Of a stretch of 64,000 nt of DNA, positions 19,154 through 28,848 are shown piece by piece (within the stretch, counting starts at the first letter, position 1; each line of letters starts with the position of its first letter). Location: NCBI GenBank assembly GCA_965261395.1, contig OZ253462.1:3680001-3744000 (forward strand), given 5' to 3'. The notes under the pieces are model-generated. The model saw only the letters and a list, made by a program, of their open reading frames with translations, ran no database searches and had not been told where the DNA came from. The position numbers and the translations under genes are program-made. Source of the stretch: Candidatus Latescibacterota bacterium. GTDB taxonomy: Bacteria; Latescibacterota; UBA2968; UBA8231.

Positions 19154-21184
19154 ATGGCCAAAATGCCTTTATGTCACTTCTCGGTAGCGCTGTTTCTGAT
19201 TTTAGCGATGGGCGTCCCGGTCGCGGGATTGACGATCTACCGACTGGGCGGAGAGAATCTGCCTCCTCCTCCCGAGGTCGAACGCGGTGAAGCCGATTTG
19301 CGCCAGTTTAGCTGGGCTGATATCGAGGCGTCTCGGCTCGGATCCGACGAGTCCCTGATCATCGGATCCGACGCGATTTCACCGTTGTTCTTCACCGCAG
19401 AGGAGAACATTGCTCCGACGGTATGGGAGCGGGGCGGCTATTTGCAAACTCAGGGCTTCCAAGCTTGGGTCGAGGCGGACGATGTACAGCAGATCAACGA
19501 CCTCGACAGGGAAACGGCGTACGTCGGCTTGCAAGGCGCTGATTGCAGGCGCGAGATACGCACTGGCTGCGGGTCGAATGTAGGGGAATATCAGACGGTC
19601 GGGAAGACCTTTCTGTTCAACTTGGGTGGTCTCTTTGCCGTGAATAAGATTCGGTTTTTCACGCGAACCGAAAACCAAGACAATTACATCGAGGCTTTCC
19701 AAGTATGGACCAATACGGCGACCAACACCGAACTAGGGATCAGCTTCGAAGATCTGTGTTCGACGAGCGGAGCGGGACATCTCGGCAACTGCGTGGGCTT
19801 TGTCAACAGGGCGCATTCAGATCTTTTCTTTCGCAAGGATCTGCTGTTCCACGCCGAGCGGAAGGTCAGGGAAAATACTAAGCCTACCGTCGATGTGGAG
19901 CTATCGGGGGAGTACATCCGTCGCTTGGCGCTCTTCGTGCAGTCACAAAACCGGGACTGGGAAATCGCAGAGTTCGAAATTTTCGCCCCAGGCTATGTGC
20001 CTACGGCCTCCTACACGTCCAATATCCTCGACCTTGGGGAGGAGATGGTGCTGGGTTGGGCCCGCTGGTCGGGGCACAAAGACGCCGCGGCCAAAGTCGC
20101 CATCCGCAGCCAGAGCGGCAGCGACGCCAATCCCAATATCTACTGGCGCAAGACCTTCCGGGGCGACGAACAGGTAAACTACAACGATCGGGGCCGGCCG
20201 CTGACCCTAGGGGCGTACCGGCGGCTGGAACTGTCCGAGCAAGGCAAGATCACCCGCGACGCGGAGAATTGGGATCTGTGGTCCATCCCCTACGACTTCG
20301 CCGACAGTCTAGGCGTGCCGCTGGCGGCGGCTAGGCCGCGCCAGTTCGTCCAATTCCAGGTGGATTTTGAATCGGATGCCGCTGCGGGTAGCGAGCTGCG
20401 CTATGTGGAGTTCGCCGCGTCGCCGCCGGCGGCGACGGAACTGGTGGGTGAGATCGAACCTTGGCAGGTGGAGACCACCGAACTGACCCGGTTCACTTAT
20501 GCTATCCGGCCCACAATCGGGTTGGACTCCCCGGGTTTTGACCGCTTAGAGATATCCGTTGACGGAGGGCGGTTGGTGGACGTTGACGCGGTGCGGATCG
20601 GCGGGGAAGAAGTGGCTTTCACCGAGTTGGAAGTGGGGGACGACCGCCTAGTAGTAGCGATGCCGAAGGTCGATTTCAATCGGACCGAGGAGTTGATAGA
20701 AGTGGTGTTCAACGGCGAGATATTCCGCTTCGGGGTGACCTTCGCGGGCCGGGTGTCCAATAGCGAGATGCCGCAGGATATCCGGCAGCCGATCCAGCCC
20801 GGTAACGCCACGGCGCTCCTCGACGGTAACACCCTATCGGTCCAGTCGTTGTCGCTGGGTGTGCAGCTCCTAGACTCGCTGTCGCTTAGCTTGGGTGTCT
20901 TCACGCCTAATGGTGACGGCGTCAACGATGGGTTAGACATCGCCTATGACCTACTCAAGCTGACAGCACCCTCGCCGGTGGTCGTGGAGGTACGGGACCT
21001 AGCGGGACGGCGGGTGCGAGAGGTGTACAATGGCTTCGATACTGCGGGGCGGCACGTGCGGCGGTGGGACGGGATGGACGGGAGCGGACAAAAGGTAAGC
21101 CCGGGGCTCTACATCTGCCGGGTGGAAGCGGCTGCCGAGGAGGGACGGGAGACAAAATCCGGGGTCGTATCGGTCGTCTATTGA
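19154..21184 (+). CDS. Secreted protein with discoidin-like segment and C-terminal TPNGDGVND/FlgD-like Ig domain, paralog A
   Basis: GGGAGG RBS, signal peptide, EIAEFEIFAPGY, WDLWSIPY, FTPNGDGVND...WDG...PGLY. Confidence 0.75.
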   Translation: MAKMPLCHFSVALFLILAMGVPVAGLTIYRLGGENLPPPPEVERGEADLRQFSWADIEASRLGSDESLIIGSDAISPLFFTAEENIAPTVWERGGYLQTQGFQAWVEADDVQQINDLDRETAYVGLQGADCRREIRTGCGSNVGEYQTVGKTFLFNLGGLFAVNKIRFFTRTENQDNYIEAFQVWTNTATNTELGISFEDLCSTSGAGHLGNCVGFVNRAHSDLFFRKDLLFHAERKVRENTKPTVDVELSGEYIRRLALFVQSQNRDWEIAEFEIFAPGYVPTASYTSNILDLGEEMVLGWARWSGHKDAAAKVAIRSQSGSDANPNIYWRKTFRGDEQVNYNDRGRPLTLGAYRRLELSEQGKITRDAENWDLWSIPYDFADSLGVPLAAARPRQFVQFQVDFESDAAAGSELRYVEFAASPPAATELVGEIEPWQVETTELTRFTYAIRPTIGLDSPGFDRLEISVDGGRLVDVDAVRIGGEEVAFTELEVGDDRLVVAMPKVDFNRTEELIEVVFNGEIFRFGVTFAGRVSNSEMPQDIRQPIQPGNATALLDGNTLSVQSLSLGVQLLDSLSLSLGVFTPNGDGVNDGLDIAYDLLKLTAPSPVVVEVRDLAGRRVREVYNGFDTAGRHVRRWDGMDGSGQKVSPGLYICRVEAAAEEGRETKSGVVSVVY

Positions 21185-21206
21185 GGGTGTTCAGGAGATA
21201 GGTGCG

Positions 21207-23780
21207 ATGAGCAGAAGAATCATGGTCTTACTAGGGATGAGCCTTGGGTTGTGCAATTTCGTTTGGGGGCAGAATCACAGTCTGGGATCCAACCAAGTAG
21301 TGGTAAACACCCAGAGCCACTGGAGCCACTGGGTGTTCGTCCCGGGGACGCTGGACATTGCCCCTAGCGGCGAGGTTCGCCCGGCCTTTGTCCCCAAGGA
21401 CCACAACGCCGTGACGGATATTTTCGAACATCTGCTGCGCTCCGTCGGAAAACCCGAGAGCGCGACCATCCTCGACGCGATAGAAGCGGGTTCCAACGAG
21501 GAGGACATCCCCAATCTCTTCGATGGGGACGAGACAACCTACTGGGAACCCGACCCGGATAGCCCGTTGCAGGATTGGTGGTTCGAGGTCGATATGGGCC
21601 GCCTGATCAACGCCACTCGGATCGGGCTGAAGTTCGTGCCCGAAGGACAGGGCGACCCCTTTCTGCAATTTGTAGTGCTGACCGCCGACAACGCCGATAA
21701 GGGTGCCCAGATCGCGGGCATAGTCCCCACTAAACAGGTTTTCCGGACTCCCAGTGACAACAAGAGTCAGCGTTTATTCGTGGTGGATCTGGACGGGGGG
21801 GAGTTGGTCCACATGGTGCCGGGCCGAGATTTTGAAGGCGATATGGTGCGCTTTGTGCAGGTTGTGGTGACCGAGAGCAATGGTATGAGGGGACAGGAGG
21901 TATCGGAAGGGGAGTACGAGACACTCACAGGGGCTAATCGGGGGGATGTGGTTTACCGCAAGAAGGTGGGGGAGGGGGAAGTTGAGATCGAGCCGGAGAT
22001 CTACGAGGCGATCGAGCCCCAAGTGCGCGGCACCGTCCGCTATTACCGCCGCGAGCGGCCCCGCTTGGCCGAGCTAGAAGTCTATGAAGTGGGCCGGAAT
22101 ATCGCCCAAGGCTTGATTGCGGACCGCAAGGGTAGCGCGGAGAGTTCCCACGAAGGGTCGGTGGCCAACCTGCTCGACGGTGAAGGCACCTACTTGACCT
22201 TCAACCTCGCGGCATTTGCCTCTGCGGGCATCAAATTCGGGGAGCGATTCTTGGAATTCGACCTAGGAACATCGTATTGGGTGGATACCGTACAGATGTG
22301 GTACAACCTCTTCGCAGGCGGTGGGCGACTTTCCGGGGCCAGCTTCAACATATACGAAATTCAGATTTCGGACGGCACGCCGGCGGCGGGCGGCGGTCTA
22401 ATATGGACCGCACCCGAACAGGTGCGCGGCATAGGCAGGGCGACCGAAACCAACAGGTTTCAACCTATGCCCGCCCGCTTCGTGCGCGTTTCCTATCCCT
22501 TCATCGATAGGTCGGTGCGCAACGAGGGGACCAAAGCTCGGATCCGCGAAGTCCAGTTGTACGGCGAAGGCTACCACCCGGAGGTGGAACTGGTCTCAGG
22601 TCTGATTCCGCTGGGCAGTGCGAAGAATTTGGTGTCGATCGAATGGGAGGCGGATACGCCCCCGGGCACGTCGGTGCAAATTCAGACCCGGACTGGTAAC
22701 GAGATCGCCGAGGCGTACCGGTACCACGACAGCGGCGGCGTGGAAGTGTCGGCGGGCAAATACGAAAAGTTGGGTTTCTTCAAAAAGGGCCGGATCGACA
22801 CCCTGCAGGTGGCTGGCTCCGACTGGAGCAACTGGAGTGCCCCCTATGCGCGTTCCGGCGACCCGATCGTTTCGCCCAGCCCGCGTCAATACCTGACCTT
22901 GCGCGTTCGGGTGACGACCACAGACCCGATGCACGCCGCCAAGCTGCACTCCATTCGCTTGAACTTCAATCCGCCGGTAGCCAAACAACTGCAAGGCGAA
23001 CTGGATATAGGGGTCTTTGAGCGCTTGGGCGCGCCGCAGGAGGTTGCGCTATTTGTCAAGCCTATCTTCGCGCCGCAGGATCTGGGCTTTGATGAGATTT
23101 TGGTGCGCACCCCGCCGGATATGTCGCTCGAATTCGGCGCGTTGCGCTTGGGCAGCTTGGCGCAGTGGGCAAGCGGCCAAGCCGAAGAGTTGGCCGATGT
23201 GCAGGTGGTGGAGACGCGCTCCGACTCGCTCTGGTTGCGCCTCGACCGGTTGGTAAAGCAGGGTGGGCAGGTCGATCTGATTGAGGTGCGGTTTACGACG
23301 GCCCTGTTTTCCCCAGGGGCGGTGCTCCAGGCGGCGCTGGGCAATTCGTCGTTGGCAAACTCGTGGCAACAGGTTGACCCCGCGGACGTGACCGAATTGG
23401 CCCAGAGCCAGGGGTTGCAAATCCTCGCTTCGGTGCAGGACAACAACGTGCTCGGCGACATCGAGATCCAGCCAGCGGTAGTGACGCCCAACAGCGATGG
23501 GGTCAACGACGCACTGAGCATTGATTTTACCGTGCGTCGGTTGAGCGGCGTGCGCCCCGTCACAGTGCGGATCTACGACCTAAGCGGTCGGCTGATGCGC
23601 CGACTCGACACCCAGAAGCCGCTAGTGGCCGGGAAATATGTGCTCGACTGGGCAGCCGAGGATCAGCAGGGACGGCTGGTGCCGCCCGGGATTTACATCT
23701 TGCGCATCGACATTGACGCGGATTCGGATCTCGGAGTGAAGCAAACGGGCGTTCAGCGCCTGCTGCACGTGGCGTATTGA
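21207..23780 (+). CDS. Secreted protein with two discoidin-like segments and C-terminal TPN.DGVND/FlgD-like domain, paralog B
   Basis: Signal peptide; NLFDGDETTYW, ELEVY, EVQLYGEGY, WSNWSAPY, VTPNSDGVND...PGIY. Confidence 0.75.
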   Translation: MSRRIMVLLGMSLGLCNFVWGQNHSLGSNQVVVNTQSHWSHWVFVPGTLDIAPSGEVRPAFVPKDHNAVTDIFEHLLRSVGKPESATILDAIEAGSNEEDIPNLFDGDETTYWEPDPDSPLQDWWFEVDMGRLINATRIGLKFVPEGQGDPFLQFVVLTADNADKGAQIAGIVPTKQVFRTPSDNKSQRLFVVDLDGGELVHMVPGRDFEGDMVRFVQVVVTESNGMRGQEVSEGEYETLTGANRGDVVYRKKVGEGEVEIEPEIYEAIEPQVRGTVRYYRRERPRLAELEVYEVGRNIAQGLIADRKGSAESSHEGSVANLLDGEGTYLTFNLAAFASAGIKFGERFLEFDLGTSYWVDTVQMWYNLFAGGGRLSGASFNIYEIQISDGTPAAGGGLIWTAPEQVRGIGRATETNRFQPMPARFVRVSYPFIDRSVRNEGTKARIREVQLYGEGYHPEVELVSGLIPLGSAKNLVSIEWEADTPPGTSVQIQTRTGNEIAEAYRYHDSGGVEVSAGKYEKLGFFKKGRIDTLQVAGSDWSNWSAPYARSGDPIVSPSPRQYLTLRVRVTTTDPMHAAKLHSIRLNFNPPVAKQLQGELDIGVFERLGAPQEVALFVKPIFAPQDLGFDEILVRTPPDMSLEFGALRLGSLAQWASGQAEELADVQVVETRSDSLWLRLDRLVKQGGQVDLIEVRFTTALFSPGAVLQAALGNSSLANSWQQVDPADVTELAQSQGLQILASVQDNNVLGDIEIQPAVVTPNSDGVNDALSIDFTVRRLSGVRPVTVRIYDLSGRLMRRLDTQKPLVAGKYVLDWAAEDQQGRLVPPGIYILRIDIDADSDLGVKQTGVQRLLHVAY

Positions 23781-23805
23781 CCAACCTATAAGGAGATAGT
23801 CGGCT

Positions 23806-26004
23806 GTGTTGTATCCGCGCGCGAAGGCGCTGGTGCTGGTATTGTTAGCGGTGCAGAATCTGGGGGCGGAACGTCGCACCATTGTCATGGGTGGTGAGGA
23901 CGGGTTGGAGTGGGAAAGCGGCGGCGGCACCATCGCGGCCTTGATACAAACCGATCCGACCGAGGTTGAGGCCAGCAACACTCCGGGCAATGTGCTCGAG
24001 TTTGACGCCGACGGCCGAGTGGGCTGGCTGTCGCCGCAACAGGCGGATGAGACCGTAAATATCGCCTTGGGCCTCCTCGACCGCGGGGGTCGCCTCGGCG
24101 CGCCAACCATCTTGTCGCAAGTCATAAAAGACCAGCTAATTTTTATGATCGACGACGACCCCACGACCGCCTTTGAACGCAAGACGGCCCGGGGCGCGAG
24201 CCAAGTCAATTCACTTGGGGTCATCATGGATTTCGACCTCGGCGCGCGGTTCGGGGTCGAGCGCATACAGTTCTTTCCCCGCAACGCGCACCCCGATTTT
24301 CCCGCCCCTGATTTCCCATTCCATACCGATTTTCTGCGGGGCTTTGAGCTGCTGCTCAACGATGGCAGCGAAGAAACGCAGGTGGCCAACCAGCCAGTGC
24401 TGACCACGGTTGAACTGGAGCCGGAAAACGAAGAGCCGGTCGTCGAACTGACCATCCCGCCGCAATACGTCCGCTATATCCGCCTGAAATCGCAGACCAC
24501 CGTGGGATTTGAGATTGCCGAATTCCGCGTCTTTGGGTCCGGTTTTGTGCCTCGGGCCGACTACCTTTCCAACATCTTCGACTTCGGCGAGGAATTGGCG
24601 CTGTGGGGGCGCATCCGCTGGGAGGAGGAGTCCTTCGGCTTCGAACGCCTGTCGCGCTTGCTGATCAGTTCGCGCAGCGGCTGGGACGACACGCCTTTGG
24701 AATTCACCCGGCAACATCTAGACAGTGGTGAGGACGTGCCGTGGCGGGAGGGGGCGGTCGCCACTACGGCTACAGGCGATGCGGTTGACTTAGACGCGAT
24801 TGACGATGTTGAAGAAGCCCTTGACCTCTTCAACGCCCTGCCCATTGACGAGCGCAGCCGGGTGGCGTTGACCCAAGACGAGTACGACGATTTGAAAAGT
24901 TCGGCTAAGGGCGACGTGCGCGACGACTTAGTTGCTTGGAGCCGTTGGTCGCCGCCGTATAAGCTGGCTGAGGATGCTATAAACGCTGAAAACATCGGTG
25001 ACGATGCACTGGGCGTGCCCATTCTCTCGCCCGGCCCGCGCCGCTATTTCCAGTTGAAGGCTGAATTCAACAGCGAGGACTTGGGAGCCGCCCGGGCGCT
25101 GGGTGCCCTCGCCTTTACGGTATCTAACCCACCGCTGACGGAACGGATCATCAGCGAGGTCGTCCCGCGCCAAGTCGAACTGGGCGTGCCGGTGTCGTTC
25201 ACGTATGCCGTCCTGCCGACCAAGATGCGCAGCGGCGTAGATCTGGGCTTCGATGTGTTCGAGATTGCCACGCCCGTGCGCTCTGAAGAGGTCGAGACCA
25301 TCGAAGTGGTACACGCCGACGGCCAGGTGCAAACGGCGGATTTCACTGGCGTGGACTTGACCAAGCTGCCCGTCCAAGACGACAGCGGCCTCTTTGCCGT
25401 GGAAGCGGTGACCGAGCGGCACCTGCGGGTGCGCTTTCCCACAATTACCGAAAGCGATTTGGCTGCGGGCCAGGCGGCGGTGGTCAAGATCCGCTTCAAG
25501 TGCCGCGTGCTGAGGTTTGGCACGACCTTTACTGGCACTGCTTGGAACAGCGCTACCGACGACCTTGGCCAGCGGGTCATCGGCGGCAATGCGGCCGATC
25601 TAGGGGCGGCGGACGACGATTTAATACCCATCGGGGCTGCCGACCCGAACGATCTAGCGGTAAGAGTGCCGCTGGCGGGTGGCCGCCTCATGATTAACGT
25701 CGCGGCCCAACCGCGTCTCTTTAGTCCCAACGGAGATGGGGTCAATGACGAGACGCGGATACACTGCGATCTGGTGCGGTTGGTCGATGCGGCACCGCTT
25801 ACGGTGCGCGTGTTCGATCTAGCCGGACACCGCGTCCGCACGCTCTTTGCGGGCGAGCAGGGAGGTGGGAGTTTCTCCGCGCAGTGGGACGGCACGAATG
25901 CTGCGGGACAACAGATGCCCCCAGGCATCTACCTCTTCCGCGTCGATTTGGCCACCGATGCTAAACAGGAAGCGGTCGTGGGTATCGTCGAGATGGTTTA
26001 TTAG
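23806..26004 (+). CDS. Secreted protein with C-terminal SPNGDGVND/FlgD-like domain, paralog C
   Basis: EIAEFRVFGSGF, WSRWSPPY, PRRYFQL, FSPNGDGVND...WDG...PGIY. Confidence 0.75.
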   Translation: MLYPRAKALVLVLLAVQNLGAERRTIVMGGEDGLEWESGGGTIAALIQTDPTEVEASNTPGNVLEFDADGRVGWLSPQQADETVNIALGLLDRGGRLGAPTILSQVIKDQLIFMIDDDPTTAFERKTARGASQVNSLGVIMDFDLGARFGVERIQFFPRNAHPDFPAPDFPFHTDFLRGFELLLNDGSEETQVANQPVLTTVELEPENEEPVVELTIPPQYVRYIRLKSQTTVGFEIAEFRVFGSGFVPRADYLSNIFDFGEELALWGRIRWEEESFGFERLSRLLISSRSGWDDTPLEFTRQHLDSGEDVPWREGAVATTATGDAVDLDAIDDVEEALDLFNALPIDERSRVALTQDEYDDLKSSAKGDVRDDLVAWSRWSPPYKLAEDAINAENIGDDALGVPILSPGPRRYFQLKAEFNSEDLGAARALGALAFTVSNPPLTERIISEVVPRQVELGVPVSFTYAVLPTKMRSGVDLGFDVFEIATPVRSEEVETIEVVHADGQVQTADFTGVDLTKLPVQDDSGLFAVEAVTERHLRVRFPTITESDLAAGQAAVVKIRFKCRVLRFGTTFTGTAWNSATDDLGQRVIGGNAADLGAADDDLIPIGAADPNDLAVRVPLAGGRLMINVAAQPRLFSPNGDGVNDETRIHCDLVRLVDAAPLTVRVFDLAGHRVRTLFAGEQGGGSFSAQWDGTNAAGQQMPPGIYLFRVDLATDAKQEAVVGIVEMVY

Positions 26005-26067
26005 CCCGCGACGCCCCGTCAGACAAAGGGATCGAGCTATGTATTTGTTTTTTAATGGAGGATTTTG

Positions 26068-28848
26068 ATGGGCAGACCTAAGAGGTTGGTCCTCTTTGCA
26101 CTGGTATTGCTAGCGACTGGGGCGACCGGCCAGTCGCCGGACCGTCGTTTCGGGACCCAGCGCGGTGCCCAACTCACCTTTGAGCCTCGCGGCCCGGGCG
26201 TCCTCTTCGATGCCCTCGATCCGGCGCTCAAGAAATGGTACGTGCCGCAGGAGCTATACGTCGATTACGGCTTTCGCCAGTGGGAGTACTCGAATTACGC
26301 CCGGGACCTGTACCAGCGCTACGTCAACACCAACCGCCAGGGCGGGCCGTTTTACGACCTGTACGGGAACTACCAGACTTGGGGCTGGCTGATTTTCGAC
26401 TGGAACCAGACGCAGCCGGGCCAATTCGGTTCGTCGATCTACAAAGACCCTAGGTTCAATGGATGGTTCAACGCCGTCACGGTCTCTTCCGACTCGCGCG
26501 ATCAGTATTACCTAGCGATAACCATTGGCGAGCGCATCCGCACCGCCCTGACTCCGCTGACCTTTTCGAAGCCGCGTTTTAACGGCATCCAGATGGACTT
26601 TGCCGCGGACAAATACGAGGCGACGCTGTTGTTTTCCCGCGCCAGCGAGGCGATTCTCGGCACCACCCCCGAGCGCCAGCCCAGTGTCTCGACCAACGCG
26701 ACCAATATGATGGGGGGCCGGGCGACAGCGCAGGTGGGAGATTTTGTCAAGATTGGCGCGACCATGGTCAACGCCCACAATTCACAGACGCTGGCCGAGG
26801 CGTTTGAACGCAACCCGCTCGTCGGCACCTTGGGCGCCGAGCAGGGCAGCGATCCGATCAGGGCCATCGCCGTAGTTCTGAGCGACGACTCCCCAGAAGA
26901 CGGCCAAGGCGGCGCGGCGCTGTTTGCCCACGACATCATCATTACCGCCGAGGATTTCGACACCAAGAAGCGCACGAAATTCCGCTTGCGGGAGGTAGTA
27001 TCTGATCCGACTAAATGGCCGGTGATTACCGGCGGCTTCCCCCGGGAGGGTTTTTTGGCTGCCGACGGCGAGGAACAGATCGTCATCAACTACGATTTCA
27101 CCGACCTAGCGTACATTGGCCCGCGGCCGACGGAGATCGTCGATATCCAGTTCGATCTCGTGGTGGCCAACGACTACAAGATCCAGGTGTGGTCGGATCG
27201 CCAGATCGGGCGCGGCAGCTTGCCTAGCCCGCCGCTTACGGGCTTGGACTTGGCGCAAGCGGGTGCCGTGCTCTTCGATGTCCGCAGCGCCGCCGGCAAT
27301 GTGACGGACAATTCAAACCAGCAGCGCGTCGTCTTCGACTACGGGCTGCCGTCGGCGAACATGGTGTTCGGATTCACGATGGAAGTGTTGCAGTTGATGG
27401 GCTTTGACGCCTATGCAGAGTACGACATTAATCGCGCCTACCTCCAGTACCCCAACCTCACGCTCGCCGACGCAGACCGCAACCTGAATACCCACGCGCG
27501 CGACGCCGCGGCTTGGATGGTCAACGTTTCCAAGCAGGCGTATCCGTTCTTCTTGTTCGGCGAAGCCTTCAGCATGGATCCCTCCTACTCGACGACGGCG
27601 TTTATCGTCAATTCGGGCGGCAGCGTGTACTACGACGACAAACGCACCTCAGTCTATGAGTTCGTCGATGACAACGACGATCAAGACCGCACGCCCGATT
27701 GGAGCCGCTGGGGCCAGGGTGGCCCCGATCCGATTGTCTTCCCGGGTTGGGACGAAAACAACGACTTCGTCTCGGACTTCAACCAGAACGACAATATCTC
27801 GCTGAGCAATCGCATCCCGGATTACGAGGAGCCGTTTTTCCGCTACAGCGTCGATCGGCCGGAATTCCTCTTCGGCATCGACCTCAACAACAACAACTGG
27901 ATCGACCGGTTTGAAAACGACGACTTGCCCGACTATCCCTATCGCCGCAACCACCGGGGCTACAACATCTACGTCGGCCAACATCTGACGCCGGATACTC
28001 GGCTAACGGTGGGGCGATTGCGGGAGGATGAGATATCCTCCAATCGCCGCAACCACGTGACCTACGGCGTTTTCACGTACGACCGCGACCACCCGCAATG
28101 GGGTCGCTTGCGGTTTTTCAATTCGCTGAAAAAGGTCGCCGACGATATCCCCGACATTCGCCGCGAGCCGACGCCGGATTTGCAGACGGTATCGCTGGCT
28201 CACGTCGAGGACATCCTGCCGGCGAGGGACACTTGGGTCAATGACAGCTACGTGCAATTCGATTGCGAACCGGTCAAAAGGCTGAATGTGATCAACAAAT
28301 TCAAATACAGCCTCTTCAGCCAGCGGGGTGAGGCGTTCAGAAGCGGCGATGCGCCCATCCTCAATGAACGCACGCGGTTTCTGGGTTTGATCAATAAGGC
28401 GGATTACACCTACCAGCTCGGCCAGCTCGTGCTGCAACCCAAGGCGAAAAGCGAATACCTCAACCAGACGGCCTTTTTGCAGGCCGATCCCGACCGCAAG
28501 GAGTGGATGGGGATCGGCATTATGCAGGCACGGCTGCCGGTGTTGCACAACTCCTTCCTCGAAAGCGGAGTGGAATATTCGATTTTCCGCGAGCTGGTCT
28601 TGGACGAAGACGCATTGCTGGCCGATGGCCCGACCCAGGACACGGGCGATTTCCGCAACCTGGTCTTGGCCCTGCAGTGGACGACCCTTGGACACTATCT
28701 CGGCTACAAGCTCACCACCCAGTTCGGCGTTAGCTATACCAAGCGATGGGACGAGGCCGTGGTGTTGGGTGCCGAGGGCCTGATGAAGCAGAACGAGAGC
28801 CGGTCCTTCGGCACTAGTTTTATCTCGGTGTACGCTGGGGTAGAATGA
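26068..28848 (+). CDS. Large secreted/outer-membrane protein with Asp/Asn-rich putative Ca-binding repeats, paralog X
   Basis: Signal peptide; DDNDDQD, DENNDFVSDFNQN, DLNNNNWIDRFENDD; alternating beta-strand C-terminus ending FISVYAGVE. Confidence 0.7.
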   Translation: MGRPKRLVLFALVLLATGATGQSPDRRFGTQRGAQLTFEPRGPGVLFDALDPALKKWYVPQELYVDYGFRQWEYSNYARDLYQRYVNTNRQGGPFYDLYGNYQTWGWLIFDWNQTQPGQFGSSIYKDPRFNGWFNAVTVSSDSRDQYYLAITIGERIRTALTPLTFSKPRFNGIQMDFAADKYEATLLFSRASEAILGTTPERQPSVSTNATNMMGGRATAQVGDFVKIGATMVNAHNSQTLAEAFERNPLVGTLGAEQGSDPIRAIAVVLSDDSPEDGQGGAALFAHDIIITAEDFDTKKRTKFRLREVVSDPTKWPVITGGFPREGFLAADGEEQIVINYDFTDLAYIGPRPTEIVDIQFDLVVANDYKIQVWSDRQIGRGSLPSPPLTGLDLAQAGAVLFDVRSAAGNVTDNSNQQRVVFDYGLPSANMVFGFTMEVLQLMGFDAYAEYDINRAYLQYPNLTLADADRNLNTHARDAAAWMVNVSKQAYPFFLFGEAFSMDPSYSTTAFIVNSGGSVYYDDKRTSVYEFVDDNDDQDRTPDWSRWGQGGPDPIVFPGWDENNDFVSDFNQNDNISLSNRIPDYEEPFFRYSVDRPEFLFGIDLNNNNWIDRFENDDLPDYPYRRNHRGYNIYVGQHLTPDTRLTVGRLREDEISSNRRNHVTYGVFTYDRDHPQWGRLRFFNSLKKVADDIPDIRREPTPDLQTVSLAHVEDILPARDTWVNDSYVQFDCEPVKRLNVINKFKYSLFSQRGEAFRSGDAPILNERTRFLGLINKADYTYQLGQLVLQPKAKSEYLNQTAFLQADPDRKEWMGIGIMQARLPVLHNSFLESGVEYSIFRELVLDEDALLADGPTQDTGDFRNLVLALQWTTLGHYLGYKLTTQFGVSYTKRWDEAVVLGAEGLMKQNESRSFGTSFISVYAGVE

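Noticed and set aside
19154-26004. Flagellar hook-cap FlgD or bona fide T9SS genes
   Set aside because: Only a C-terminal Ig-like tail is similar; no flagellar or T9SS core genes are in the window
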